Shown here: positions 1 through 11,068 of the stretch, in pieces | How positions within the stretch are numbered: the stretch's first letter is position 1 | Layout: each line of letters opens with the position of its first letter | Source of the DNA: an uncultured Thermoleophilia bacterium | GTDB taxonomy: Bacteria > Actinomycetota > Thermoleophilia > Gaiellales > Gaiellaceae | DNA: 64,000 nucleotides | Reading direction: 5' to 3' | Assembly (NCBI GenBank): GCA_963812995.1 | Contig: CAWEXL010000005.1 | Coordinates: 204,747-268,746 of the forward strand | Program-made: the position numbers and the translations under genes | The notes under the pieces: model-generated | Database searches by the model: none | Told to the model about the DNA's origin: nothing | What the model saw: only the letters and a program-made list of their open reading frames with translations

Positions 1-1543
1 GTGACCCTCGCGAGATGTTCGGCACGACGCAGTCCTGCGCTTCGACGTCTCGGACACCGGCAACGGCATCGCCCCCGACAAGCTCGAGTCGATCTTTCAA
101 CCGTTCGTCCAGGCCGACACGTCGACCTCACGCAAGCTACGGGGGCACCGGGCTGGGCCTGGCGATCAGCGGCCAACTGGTCGCGCTGATGGGTGGCGAG
201 TGCGGCGTGACGAGCCGGCTCGGCGAGGGAAGCAACTTCTGGTTCACGATTCGCGTTCGGGCCGAGACAGCGGACGGCCGGCACATCGAGGCGCCTGACG
301 CGGGGCTGAACGGCACCGCGTGCTGATCGTCGACGACAACGCAACGCTGCGGCACGTCCTCGCCGAGAAGATGACCGCGTGGGGCATGGTCGTCGCCGGC
401 GCCGAGTCGGGGGCCACGGCGCTGACGACGCTGCGCACGGCCGCGACCGAGGGCCGGCCTTTCGCCCTCGTCCTGCTCGACCACTCGCTGCCCGGCGTGG
501 ACGGTCTGCACTTGCGCGACGCCCTCGCGGCGGATCCCGTCCTCGAGCCCCGAGTGGTTCTGATGACCGATCTCGGCCAGGAGGACATGGCCGGCAACTC
601 GGCAGAATCGGGCGTGAGCGGAACGCTGTCCAAGCCGATTCACCGAGAGGCGCTGCGAGCGACGCTGCACGCGGCACTGGGTCTGCCGCAACCTCGCCAC
701 GACCCGTGCAGGGGCAGTCCGCCGTCCGGCACCGGAGAGCGGACGCGAACTGGGCCGGCTGCTCCTCGCCGAAGACAATCTCGTCAACCAGAAGGTGGCA
801 GTCGCCATGCTCACGAGCGCGGGCTATAGCGTGGACACCGTGCTGAACGGCGCCGCCGCCGTGCGCGCGGTCGCCGCCCGGCGCTACGACGCCGATCCTG
901 ATGGACTGCCAGATGCCCGAGCTCAACGGGTATGAGGCGACCGCAGCGATCAGGACACATGAAGGGTCGCGACCGGCATACGCCGATCATCGCGATGACG
1001 GCCGGCGCGCGACACGAGGACCGCGAGCGCTGCCTGGCCGAAGGCATGGACAGCTATCTCGCCAAGCCGGTGAGCAAGGACGCGCTGCTCGCGCTCGTGG
1101 CCCGATCGATTACGCATACGGCCAGGCCGGCTGGCAACGCCGCCTCGAAGCCTGTGCTCGACCCGCAGATCATCGACCGCCTCGAGCGCCTGGGCGACGC
1201 GACGGGCGAGGATCTGATGGGCCAGCTCACCGAGCTCTTTCTCAGCGACGCCGACCTTCGGGTCGCCGAGTTGCGAGACGCGCTTGCCGCGGGCGATGCC
1301 GGCGGTGCGAGCGAGGCCGCCCACACCCTCAGCGGAGCCGCGGGGAACCTCGGCGCGACCGACCTCGCTGCCCTGTGCACGACCATGGCACTCAAGACCA
1401 CGGCACTCGAGACCACGGCACTCGAACCCACAGCGATGAACGGGGCCTCCGCCCCGCTCGTGCAGGGAGAAGCGCTCCTCGCCGCGATCGAAGCGGAGCT
1501 CGAGCGCGTCCGCTCAGCCCTCGCCTCGCCGGCGCTCGCCTGA
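1..1543 (+). pseudogene. Hybrid sensor histidine kinase, 5'-partial (HATPase_c - REC - REC - HPt), interrupted by several frame switches
   Basis: Family motifs are split over three frames. They are [27 protein letters not shown] then [15 protein letters not shown] (G2 box); a REC domain [14 protein letters not shown]...; a second REC LLLAEDNLVNQKV...MDCQMPELNGYEATAAIR...TPIIAMTAGA...YLAKPV; and an HPt domain with AAHTLSGAAGNLGA. Frame changes lie near 137, about 700-750, about 893 and about 960. The stop at 1541-1543 overlaps the next ATG. Confidence 0.8.
1388..1432 (+). repeat. 15-bp tandem repeat x3 (GCACTCnAGACCACG-like) inside the HPt-coding region
   Basis: Read directly: gcactcaagaccacg / gcactcgagaccacg / gcactcgaacccaca. 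It is in frame and encodes ALKTT-ALETT-ALEPT. Confidence 0.8.
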
Positions 1544-2484
1544 TGCGCATCCTGCTCGCCGACGACGACCCGACCTCCCGCCTCATCGCGGAGCTGGCAC
1601 TGCGGAACCTCGGCCACGAATGCGAGACGGTGACCGACGGGACCGAAGCATGGGCGTCGTTCCGCGCCAATCGCCCGGATGTCGTGATCAGCGATTGGAT
1701 GATGCCGGGGCTGACCGGCCTGGAGCTCTGCCAGAACATCCGGAGCGACGTCCTCGGCGGCTACACGTACTTCATCATGGTCACGAGCCACGGGACACTC
1801 GAGGAGATCCTCGAGGGCATGAGCGCCGGCGCCGACGACTACCTCCTCAAGCCGCTCGACCCTGAGGACCTGCAGGCGCGTCTGATCCCCGCCGCCCGAG
1901 TGACGTCTCTGCACCGCCGGTTGGCGCAACAGCAAGGCGAGCTCGAGCTGCTGAACAACGAGCTCATCGACATCGCCCACAAGGATCAGCTCACCGGGCT
2001 CGGGAATCGGAGAGCCATGCAGGAGGATCTCGACCTGCTCGAAGGCCGGGTCATCCGGTACGGGCACCGCTATTGCATGGCCCTGCTCGATGTCGACCAC
2101 TTCAAGTCGTACAACGACGTCTACGGTCATCAGGCCGGCGACCGCGTCCTGCAGGCGGTGGCGGCGCAGCTCAAGGCCGAGGCCCGTGGCGGGGACGCCC
2201 TCTACCGCTACGGCGGCGAGGAATTCCTGTGCATCTTTCCCGAGCAGTCGCTGCAGAACGGCACGCTCGCCGTTCAGCGCATGCGCGCCGGGCTCGAGCA
2301 GCTGGCGCTCCCGCACGCAGCCAATGCGCGCGGCGTGCTGACGCTGAGCGCCGGTCTGGCGATGCTCGATCCGGCGCACACGAGCTCCGCTGCCGAGGTG
2401 CTGAAGCACGCCGACGAGGCGCTGTACCGCGCCAAGGAGCTCGGCCGGAACCGCGTCGAGCACGCCGTGCTCGAAGCCGCCTGA
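1543..2484 (+). CDS. Response regulator with diguanylate cyclase output (REC-GGDEF)
   Basis: Intact frame starting at an ATG that overlaps the previous TGA (ATGA). It has a REC domain (MRILLADDDPTSR...DWMMPGLTG...LLKP) and a GGDEF domain (DQLTGLGNRR...LDVDHFKSYND..GH.AGD...RYGGEEF). Confidence 0.9.
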   Translation: MRILLADDDPTSRLIAELALRNLGHECETVTDGTEAWASFRANRPDVVISDWMMPGLTGLELCQNIRSDVLGGYTYFIMVTSHGTLEEILEGMSAGADDYLLKPLDPEDLQARLIPAARVTSLHRRLAQQQGELELLNNELIDIAHKDQLTGLGNRRAMQEDLDLLEGRVIRYGHRYCMALLDVDHFKSYNDVYGHQAGDRVLQAVAAQLKAEARGGDALYRYGGEEFLCIFPEQSLQNGTLAVQRMRAGLEQLALPHAANARGVLTLSAGLAMLDPAHTSSAAEVLKHADEALYRAKELGRNRVEHAVLEAA

Positions 2485-2489
2485 ACCTC

Positions 2490-2642
2490 CTACAGCCTCG
2501 TTCGGCGCCGGCGTCCGAGCTTCTTCTGCAGGGCCAGGTCCTCCTCGCCGTCCTTCCGCGCGGCCCACACGAACATCGCGCCGACGATCACGGCTCCTAC
2601 AGCGGTGAACAGGATCACGACGACCGCAACGAAGACTGCCAC
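2490..2642 (-). CDS. Small (50 aa) single-pass membrane protein, hypothetical
   Basis: Below the ORF-track size cutoff. A GTG start sits 8 nt downstream of GGGAGG. The translation is VAVFVAVVVILFTAVGAVIVGAMFVWAARKDGEEDLALQKKLGRRRRTRL, a hydrophobic helix followed by a basic tail. It has GC3-rich codons. Confidence 0.35.
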   Translation of the reverse strand: MAVFVAVVVILFTAVGAVIVGAMFVWAARKDGEEDLALQKKLGRRRRTRL

Positions 2643-2688
2643 GAGCTTTGCGCCTCCCTGACTTCGTAGCTCGCGCTGAAGGCTACTC

Positions 2689-4007
2689 CTACGCGACGGT
2701 GACGGGCCCGAGGGCGGCGCGCGCGGTTCGTGCTGCCGCCAGCACGTGGCGGTCGTCGAAGCGCCTGCCGACGAGCTGCGCGCCGTTGCCGAGCGCGACG
2801 CCGGGGAGCGAGAGGCAGTTGACCCACGTCACGCACCGCATCCGGTCGAAGAGCTCGCGGGTTGCCTCGACCGACAGGAAGTCGTCGAAGTCGAGCGGGG
2901 GCGGAGGCAGTGCGAAGACAGGTGCGAGCACGAGCGGGTAGTCCTCCTGCCAGGCGTAAAAGGAACGAGCCAGGGCGCGCCGCTCGCCGAGCGCGGCCAG
3001 GTACGGCTCGACGCGCTCCCCGAGATCGAAGAGACCGAACATCTTGTCGATGTGGTCGATCCCGCTCGGCCCGACGTCATCCCGGATGTGCGGGATGAGC
3101 GTGTTCAGCAGTTCGGTGGCGATGATCTCGGCCCACAGCTCGGGCGCCCGGCGCAGGTCCGGGAACACACCTTCGACGACCTCGTGGCCGGCGTCGCGCA
3201 GCGAGTCGGCGACCGCGCGCACCGCCCGCTCGATCTCTGGATCGATCACTGCGCCGGTCTCGCCGAGCAGCAGCGCCACCCGCGCAGGGCTCGGCGGGTG
3301 CGGGCGGGCAGGACGACCGGGACTGCCGCAGGATCGCCAGGCGCAGGCCCGCGCAGCACGTCGAGCGCCAGCTCCAGGTCGTCGATCGTGCGGGCGAGCG
3401 GTCCGACCGACTGCATCAGATCCATCGACGGCGGCCCGTCGCGCGGCGGCAGCACCGGGGCGTGCGGGACCACCCCCGTCGACGGCCGTAGACCGACGAT
3501 CTCGCAGAAGGTCGCCGGCACCCGAATCGAGCCGCCGTAGTCGGCTCCTGTCCCGAGGGGCGCCATTCCCGCCGCCACAGCCGCCGCGTCGCCGCCCGTC
3601 GAGCCACCGGCAGAGCGGCCCGTGTCGCGCGGGTTCAGCGTCGCGCCGAACAGCGAGCTGATCGTGTTCCAACGGATGGCAAGGTCGGGCGCATTGGCCT
3701 TGCCCAGCACGATCGCGCCTGCGGCGCGCAGGCGGCCGATCGCCGCCTCATCCTCGGCGGCAACGGGTCCGCGGCGCGCGGGAAGGCCCACGGTCGACTC
3801 GTACCCGGCCAGGTCGAAGCTTTCCTTGACCGAGATCGGCACACCGTCTAGCAACAGCTCCGCGCGCTCGTCGTGCCGGGCGTCGGCGGCCTCCGCCTCG
3901 GCCAGCGCCTCGTCGAGCCGCAGGACGACAAACGCATTGACGGCGCCGTTGGCCTGCTCGACTCGCGCAGCATGCGCTTCGACGACCTCGACGACGCGTG
4001 ACCTCAC
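2689..4007 (-). pseudogene. Amidase signature family protein, one frame switch near 3290-3310
   Basis: The N-terminal part (3246..4007 frame) carries KESFDLAG, GKANAPDLA and the GGSTGGDAAAVAAG...GTGADYGGSIRVPA amidase signature. The C-terminal part continues in the 2689..3672 frame (VALLLGETGAVIDPEIE...). Confidence 0.8.
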
Positions 4008-4055
4008 GGTTCGCGAATCAGGCCGCGTAGCTCGGTCGCGCTGAGCCCGCAGAGA

Positions 4056-5192
4056 TCAGTCACCCGGCATCACGACGATCGCCCGGCCGACGATTTCCCG
4101 CCGGTCGAGCGCCGCGTAGGCCTCCGCCGCGTCGGCGAGCGCGAACCGGCGCGTCAGAGCTCGCGGCGGGCGAGATCGCCCCGGACTCGACCAGCTCCAG
4201 GATCGTCGGCATGTCGGCCCGGACGCGGGCTCCGTACGACCCGATCACGTGGATGCTGCGTCGCACGAGCCTCGTGATCTCGACCGGTGCCGTCACGCCG
4301 GCCGGGGCGATGCCCACAGCCACCAGCCGGCCGCCGTCCCTCACCATCGCCAGCGCCTGCGTGAAGGTCCGCTCGCTGCCGAGCACCTCGAAGACGACGT
4401 CCGCCCCACCTCCCGTCAGCTCGAGCACCCGCGCGACGGCGTCCTCGGCGCCTGCGTCGACCGACATCGGTCGCGCCCAGCGCGAGCGCGGCGGCGAGCT
4501 TCTCGGCGCCGAGGTCGACCGCGACGACCTGCGCTGCGCCCTCGGCCCGCGCGACCTGCACGATCATCGACCCCACGCCCCCGGTCGCGACGACAGCCAC
4601 CTGGTCGCCGACTCGCAGTCTTGCCGCCGTGCGTCACCGCCCCGTAAGCCGTCAGCGCCGCGCAGCCGATGATCGCCGACTCCTCGAGCGGCAGCGAGTC
4701 CGGGAGAGCGTAAACCGCATGCTCCGGGACGACGGCGTACTCGGCCAGGCCGCCCATGGAATACATCGCCAGGGCGGTTCCGTCGTCGCGGTGCAGCCGC
4801 GTCTCGCCGTCGTAGAGGGCGCCCCGCAGCCGGTTCAGCTCGAAGAACCGGGAGCAGAGATCGTCCCGTCCGCGGGCGCAGTGGGAACACGCGCCGCACG
4901 GCATGATGAACGTGCCGACGACCCGTGTCCCGACCGGCGGCCCGGCGACGTCCTCACCGAGCGCCGCGACGGTGCCGGAGATCTCGTGTCCAAGCACGGC
5001 GGGCACCGGGAACGCCACTTCACCCTTCAGAACGTGCAGGTCGGTATGGCACACGCCGCAGGCGGCGACCCGCACGAGCACCTCACCGCGGCGAGGCTGC
5101 GGCACCGGAATCCGCTCGATCGCGAGCGCCTGCCCGGCCCCGGGCAGCACGGCTGCCAGCATCGACCCGGGAAGTGTTCGCATTTCGCACAC
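4056..5192 (-). pseudogene. Zinc-dependent alcohol dehydrogenase (MDR family), at least 3 frame switches
   Basis: Motifs: GVCHTDLH, GHEISGTV, the structural-Zn cysteines CGACSHCARG..DLC, and the Rossmann GxGxxG as VATGGVGSM. Fragments lie in three frames (5192-4625, 4625-4470, 4470-4150). The last about 30 aa (LTRRFALADAAEAYAALDRREIVGRAIVVMPGD*) are in yet another frame. Confidence 0.8.
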
Positions 5193-5334
5193 GAGTTCGC
5201 ACAGGGAACCTACTCACCCTCTCGCAAAGCTGTCAATGCGGTCGGCCGGCGGGGGGCGCGTGGTTCCACAGTTGACGCCGGGCCTGCCGGTGTGCACTAT
5301 TGCTAAACAGCAGTCGAGCCTATCGGAGGGGCAT

Positions 5335-6663
5335 ATGAACATCGCGTCGCGCGGGGCGGCGATGTCGGTCGACTGGGAGCAGCGGGTCAATTTCGATCGG
5401 TTGCGGTCCGCTCGGTTGGCACGGACGAAGGCGGCGCTGGCGGCGTCGGAGCTGGGTGCGTTGTTGCTTTTCGATCCGAACAATCTGCGCTACGTGACGT
5501 CGACCGCGATCGGGACGTGGGAGCGCGACAAGAACATCCGGTTCGCGTTGGTGTTCCGCGAGGACGATCCGGTGTTGTGGGACTTCGGCTCGGCAGCGCG
5601 GCATCATCAGATGTTCTGCGACTGGCTGCCGGAGTCGTCGTGGCGGGCCTGGGTGACGCCGATGCGTGGTGCGATGCCCGACGAGACTGGAGTTCCCGAC
5701 GCGTTGGGCAAGCTGATCGCGCGATGAGCTGGCCGAGCGGGGGCTGGCCGGTGAGCCGCTCGGCGTGGACGTTCCCGACGTGACGAGCCTGCTCGCGTTG
5801 CAGCGGCATGGGATCGAGGTCGCCGATTCGCAGCCGGTGATGCTGGAGGCGCGCAAGCTGAAGACCGAGGACGAGCTGGCCCTGCTCGATCACGCGGCCG
5901 GGATCGTCGACGCGGCTTACGAGGAGATCTACCGGCGGCTGCGGCCCGGGGTGAAGGAGAGCGAGATCGTCGCCGCGGCGATGAAGGTGCTGTTCGAGCT
6001 CGGCTCGGAGCATGTCGAGGCGATCAACGCGATCTCCGGCGACCGCTGCAACCCGCACCCGCACACGTTTTCCGACCGGCTGATCCGGCCGGGCGATCAG
6101 GCGTTCTTCGACATCATCCACTCGTTCATGGGCTACCGAACCTGCTACTACCGCACCTTCTCGGTCAGCTACAGCACCCCGGCCCAGCTCGACGCGTACA
6201 AGCAGTGCCGCGAGTGGCTCGACAACGCGATCGACCTGGTGCGGCCGGGGGTCACGACCGACAAGATCGCCGAGGTCTGGCCGACCGCCGCCGAGATCGG
6301 GATGAAGGACGAACACGCCGCCTTCGGCTTGCAATTCGGCCACGGGCTCGGCGTCGGCCTCTACGAGTTCCCGATGATCAGCCGGCTCCACTCGATCGAC
6401 GCACCCGTCGAGCTGGAGGTCGGGCATGGTCTTCGCGCTGGAGACGTATTGTCCGGCCAGCGACGGCCGCTCGGCCGCGAGAATCGAAGAAGAAGTCGAT
6501 CGTCACCCCGACCGGCCCCCAAGTCATCACCCGCTTCCCCGCCGACGAACTCCTCGTCGCCGGCAGCACCTACGTCCACGGCGCCGACTTCGTCGAGCGC
6601 TCGCGCGACGGTGTGATCGGCGACAACGTTGTCAGCAGCGACAAGGAGATCCTCGTCGACTGA
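5335..6663 (+). pseudogene. M24 family metallopeptidase / creatinase-like protein, about 3 frame switches
   Basis: ATG preceded by GGAGGGG. It has a creatinase-type N-domain (LLLFDPNNLRYVT) and a pita-bread domain (KTEDELALLDHAA..., ISGDRCNPHPHTFSDRLIRPGDQAFFDI, FGHGLGVGLYEFP, MVFALETY, EEEVIVTPTGPQVIT). Frame changes are near 5725, 6425 and 6490. Confidence 0.75.
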
Positions 6664-6708
6664 GGAGCGCAGTTTTGCCGGACATGACCACTCCCCGAAG
6701 GAGACGTA

Positions 6709-8100
6709 ATGGCTAACCGTATTCTCGTCCAGGGCGGCAGCGTGATCACGGTCGACCCGGATCTCGGCGACCTTCCCAAGGGCGACGTGCTCGTCGAGGA
6801 CGGCAAGATCGTCGCGATCGGGCCCGATCTCGGCGTCGAAGATGCGGAGGTCATCGACGCGAGTGACCGCCTGGTCATGCCCGGCCTGATCGACACGCAC
6901 CGCCACACCTGGCAGGCGCTGTTCCGGAACATCGCCTCGGACTGGACGCTGGCCCACTACTTCACCGGTCTGCACGGGACGATGAGCGAGCTCTACCAGC
7001 CCGAGGACACGTACGCCGGCAACCTGATCGGCACCCTCGAGGCTCTCGATTCGGGCATCACGACGCTGGTCGACTGGTCGCACAACCTGAACACGCCGCA
7101 GCACACCGACGCCGCGATCGACGCCGCGGTCGAGTCGGGCGGGCGCGTCGTGTTCGCGCACGGCGGCGGCTTCCAGCACTGGCAGCCGCCGAGCCCGGTG
7201 CCGCATCCCGCCGACGACGTGCGCAGGATCCGCAACGGGCGGCTGTCCTCGGATGACGCGCTGGTCACGCTGTTCCTGGCGCCTCGCGGTAACCAGTTCG
7301 CAACGATGGAGGTCACCGAGCTCGACTGGGCGCTGGCGAAGGAGCTCGGTCTGCGGATCACGTGCCACTTCGGCGACGGCGAGTGGGGCAAGAACCGCCC
7401 GATCGCGGCGCTGAACGAGAAGGGTCTGCTCGGGCCGACGATGACCTTCGTGCACTGCAACACGCTCGCCGACGACGAGCTCCAGATGATGGCCGATCAC
7501 GGCGTCAGCGCCTCGATCTCGCCGGACATCGAGCTCCAGATGGGCCACGGCTGGCCGGCGACCGGACGTCTGCTCGACCACGGCATCCGCCCGAGCCTGT
7601 CGATCGACGTGTGCTCCTCCAACGGCGGGCACCTGTTCGGCACGATGCGCGCGACGATCGGCACCCAGCGCGGCTTCGACAACGAGGCGGCGCGCGACGC
7701 GGGCAAGGCCTCGGTCGACCTGATCGAGACGACCTGCCGCGACGTGCTCGAGTTCGCCACGATCGACGGCGCACGCGCGTGCGGCCTCGACAGCAAGGTC
7801 GGGAGCCTGGCCGTCGGCAAGCGGGCGGACATCATCCTGATCCGCACCGACACGTTCGGCATGACGCCGCTCAACAACCCGATCGGCCAGTTCGTCTACA
7901 ACGCCCACCCGGGCCTCGTCGACACGATTCTGGTCGACGGCAAGGTCGTGAAGCGCGACGGCAAGATGCTGAACCTCGACGAGGCGCGCGTGCGGCGGCT
8001 GGCGACGGAAGCCCGCGACGGGATCATGCAGCGCGCAGGCGGTAAGGGCGGCGCCCGCATCGGCGGCGACTGGATCCCGAAAGCGTACGGAGCCGAATAG
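6709..8100 (+). CDS. Amidohydrolase family protein (aminohydrolase/deaminase-like, metal-dependent)
   Basis: Intact 463-aa ORF. It has a typical N-terminus (ILVQGGSVITVDPDLGDLPKGDVLVEDGKIVAIG...VMPGLIDTHRHTWQ, the HxH metal motif) and later HCN and SPD/DV motifs. Confidence 0.85.
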   Translation: MANRILVQGGSVITVDPDLGDLPKGDVLVEDGKIVAIGPDLGVEDAEVIDASDRLVMPGLIDTHRHTWQALFRNIASDWTLAHYFTGLHGTMSELYQPEDTYAGNLIGTLEALDSGITTLVDWSHNLNTPQHTDAAIDAAVESGGRVVFAHGGGFQHWQPPSPVPHPADDVRRIRNGRLSSDDALVTLFLAPRGNQFATMEVTELDWALAKELGLRITCHFGDGEWGKNRPIAALNEKGLLGPTMTFVHCNTLADDELQMMADHGVSASISPDIELQMGHGWPATGRLLDHGIRPSLSIDVCSSNGGHLFGTMRATIGTQRGFDNEAARDAGKASVDLIETTCRDVLEFATIDGARACGLDSKVGSLAVGKRADIILIRTDTFGMTPLNNPIGQFVYNAHPGLVDTILVDGKVVKRDGKMLNLDEARVRRLATEARDGIMQRAGGKGGARIGGDWIPKAYGAE

Positions 8101-8102
8101 CG

Positions 8103-9087
8103 TTGTCCGACTTTCCCACGGAAGGCAACGGCGGGATCGGCGAGCAGTTCGCGGTCGAGCTGTACCGCAAGATGCTGATCGTGCGCGGCGTCGAGGACCG
8201 CATCCAGAGCCTGTTCCTGCGCGGCGAGGTGTACGGCACCACGCACCTCTGCACCGGGCAGGAGGCGGTCTCGGTCGGGTTCGCGAGCGCGCTGCGAACG
8301 GGTGACCGCGTCGCGTGCACGTACCGCGGCCACGGGCATGCGCTCGCGCTCGGCACCAGCCGGGCGCGCTGATCGCCGAGCTGCTCGGCCGCTCGACGGG
8401 CGTGAACGGCGGCCTGGCGGGCTCGATGAACATCGTCGATCCCGACGCACGGCTTGCTCGGCTGCTTACGGCATCGTCGGCGGCAGCATCGCCGCAGCGA
8501 CCGGTGCGGCGCTCTCGTTGCGCGGCACGGGCCGGATCGCGGTCGCGTACTTCGGCGACGGCGCCACGAACCAGGCGTACTTCTTCGAGTGCCTCAACTT
8601 CGCGAAAGTGCTCGATCTCCCGGTCGTCTTCGTCTGCGAGAACAACGGCTACGGCGAGTACACGCCGATGGACGTGGTGACGGCGGGCGGCATTCAGCCG
8701 CGCGTCGCCGCGATGAACCTGCCGACGCGAACCGTCGACGGCATGGACGTGTGGGCGGTGCATGCTGCGGCGGCGCGAGGTGACCGACCTCGTCCGCGGC
8801 GGCAGCGGCCCGCAGTTCGTCGAGGCGATCACGTATCGCTTCGTCGGGCACTCGCGCAGCGATCCGGGCAAGTACCGGCCGCCCGGCGAGCTCGAGCGGT
8901 GGCGCGAGCGCGACCCGCTCCTCGTCGCCGCCGGCCGGCTGCAGAGAGCGAGTACGGCCTCGACGAGGGCCGGCTGGAGGCGATCCGGTCGAGGTCGACG
9001 GCCGGCTCGAGGCCCTCGAGCAGGAGGCGCTCGCGGCGCCGTTCCCGGAGCCGGTCGCCCGGCGCCGAGTTCGCGGGCCAGACCTGA
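8103..9087 (+). pseudogene. Thiamine-diphosphate-dependent 2-oxoacid dehydrogenase E1 alpha subunit (acetoin/pyruvate/BCKA type), multiple frame switches
   Basis: Motifs: LYRKMLIVRGVEDRIQSLFLRGEVYGTTHLCTGQEAV; YRGHGHALA; GSMNIVDP; GIVGGSIAAATGAALS...YFGDGATNQAYFFECLNFAKVLDLPVVFVCENNGYGEYT; ITYRFVGHSRSDPGKYR. Fragments switch frame near 8365, 8450, 8775, 8940 and 9010-9060. Confidence 0.8.
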
Positions 9088-9097
9088 CGCCGGACCT

Positions 9098-9788
9098 ATG
9101 CTCATGAGCTCCGCGTGCGGTGACCGATACCGGCCGCGCGGGAGCCGCGGCCGAGATTCGCCGATCTCCGTCTTGGGGGAGCGGCTGCGACAGGAGCGCG
9201 GCCGAGCGCGGGCTCAGCCTGCGCGAGCTCGCCCGGCGGCTCGACGTGTCGCCGAGCCTCGTCTCGCAGATCGAGACGGGCAAGATCCAGCCGTCGGTGC
9301 GGACGCTCTACGCGATGGTCAGCGAGCTCGGCGTCTCGCTCGACGAGATGTTCGCCCCGGCCGACGACGGAGGCGCTGCCGTCGGTCGGCCGCCGCGCCG
9401 CAGCGCCAGAGCGCCCGTCGCTGCCGCGAGACCGACCGGCGACGGGGGCCTGCGTCCAGCGCGCCGGCGAGCGGAACGTGATCGACCTCGAGGCGGGCGT
9501 CCGCTGGGAGCGTCTGACGACCCGCAACGACCGCGAGGTCGAGTTCCTGTTCACGGTCTACCCCGCGGGCAGCGAATCGAGCCCGGCCGGACTCGCTGGT
9601 GCGCCACAACGGCCGCGAGTTCGGCATCGTGCTCACCGGCAAGCTGAATGTGACCGTGGGCTTCGACGACTACGTGCTCGAGCCCGGGCGACTCGGTCTT
9701 CTTCGAGTCGACGATCCCGCACCGCCTGCACAACGAAGGCGCCCAGGACGTGTCCGCAGTGTGGGTAGTGCTCGGCCGCCAGACGTAG
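9098..9788 (+). pseudogene. XRE-family transcriptional regulator with C-terminal cupin domain, about 3 frame switches (start uncertain)
   Basis: The HTH region is LGERLRQER/AAERGLSLRELARRLDVSPSLVSQIETGKIQPSVRTLYAMVSELGVSLDEMF. The cupin part is VIDLEAGVRWERLT...EFLFTVYPAGSES / HNGREFGIVLTGKLNVTVGFDDYVLEPG / SVFFESTIPHRLHNEG..VWVVLGRQT*. Frame changes are near 9190, 9590 and 9690. Confidence 0.7.
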
Positions 9789-10169
9789 CCGAAACCGTCC
9801 CGAACGGCGCGCCCCTTCAAGCCGCGTCCGCTCCTTAACAGTTTCCAAACGGCGGCTGCCGCCAGACATGTCTCGACGGCCGTGCGGGATTTGCAGGCGA
9901 AGTGGCAGTTCTGTTCGGGGCTCTGCACATTCCGTTGACCTTTGCTCGGGCGCTGTAGCGCGCGTCTTGACACACATCGGCCGCTTGCATCGGCGGTTTT
10001 GGGGCGGTCTGGCGGGGACGGTGGGGTTGTCGGGTCGGGACGCGGCTCGCTCGGGGCGCCCGTTCGGGGCGGCCGCGCGGCCCCAATGGCGATCACCTCT
10101 CAGAGGAGCTGGGACGGCCGGAAACGTCCCTTTTCGGGACTGGTTCGCAGAGCGAATGTTCAGTCCCTC

Positions 10170-10198
10170 TTGACACGGCGCCCAGCCTGGCTTAACGT
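10170..10198 (+). promoter_or_regulatory. Candidate sigma70-type promoter for the SDR/ABC operon
   Basis: TTGACA (10170-10175), a 17-nt spacer, then TAACGT (10193-10198). It lies about 38 nt upstream of the SDR ATG, which is preceded by GGGAGGGAAG. Confidence 0.3.
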
Positions 10199-10235
10199 CG
10201 CCCTTGTTCGTTCCGACGTCGCGGGAGGGAAGCGC

Positions 10236-11004
10236 ATGGAAGCGACCATCCTCGATTGGGGCCTGGCCGAGAAGCCGGTCATCGTCACCGGGGCAAGCTC
10301 TGGAATTGGTGCCGCCACCGCACGGGCGCTCGGCTCCGTCGGGGCATCGGTCGTGCTCGTGGGGCGCGACGAGGCACGTCTTACGGCGGTCGCGGCCGAC
10401 GTCGAGCAAGCCGGCGGCAAGGCACACCTCTCGTACACCGAGCTGACCGACATGGCGGCCGTCGAAGGCGTGATCGACGAGGCGCTGTCAGCCTTCGGCG
10501 CCATTCACGGCATCGTCCACAGCGCCAGCATCTTCGACCCGCGGCCGCTTGCCGACACGACGTTCGAGAGCCTCGAGCTGCAATGGCACGCGAACGTCGC
10601 GGCCCCGCTCTTCATGACGAAGGCTGCCGTCCCCCATCTCAAGCCGGGCTCGTCGATCGTCCTGGTGGCGTCCACGACGGCGACGGTCGGCTTCCCGGGC
10701 TGCACCGCGTACACCGCGACGAAGGGCGCCGTCATCGCTCTCGGCCGCGCACTCGGCGTCGAGCTGGCGCCGCTCGAGATCCGCGTGAACACGGTGATCC
10801 CCGGCTACGTGAGGACGCCCATGCTGCAGCCCCACCTCGATGCGAACGAGGGGTACGAGGAGTGGATCGTCCAGAACACGCCGCAGGCCCGCATCGCCGG
10901 GCCGGAGGAGCTTGCTCCGAACATCGTCTTCATGCTCTCGGGCCTCTCCGCAGTACGTTCACGGAGCGACGCTTGTCGTCGATGGCGGCTGGGTCGCCCG
11001 ATAG
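10236..11004 (+). pseudogene. SDR family oxidoreductase, one frame switch near 10945
   Basis: Motifs: VIVTGASSGIGAATA (TGxxxGxG) and YTATKGAV (YxxxK). The C-terminus YVHGATLVVDGGWVAR* is in a different frame from the body. Confidence 0.8.
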
Positions 11005-11068
11005 TCCGACCAGATCCTCGCCGGGTGAAGGCACACCGGCTGCCGCGCGGACGTCGGGGGCCGGGGCC

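Noticed and set aside
1054-2568. 504-aa minus-strand ORF
   Set aside because: It is antisense to the HPt and REC-GGDEF coding regions, which have clear motifs. It has no recognisable domain.
6361-9105. 914-aa ORF on the minus strand
   Set aside because: It is antisense to the amidohydrolase and E1alpha genes. Its composition is dominated by R/A/G/P with no family motifs. This is a typical shadow ORF in very GC-rich DNA.
9967-9990. First TTGACA box in the 450-nt gap as a promoter
   Set aside because: No acceptable -10 hexamer lies at 16-19 nt spacing. It is mentioned only as part of the intergenic description.
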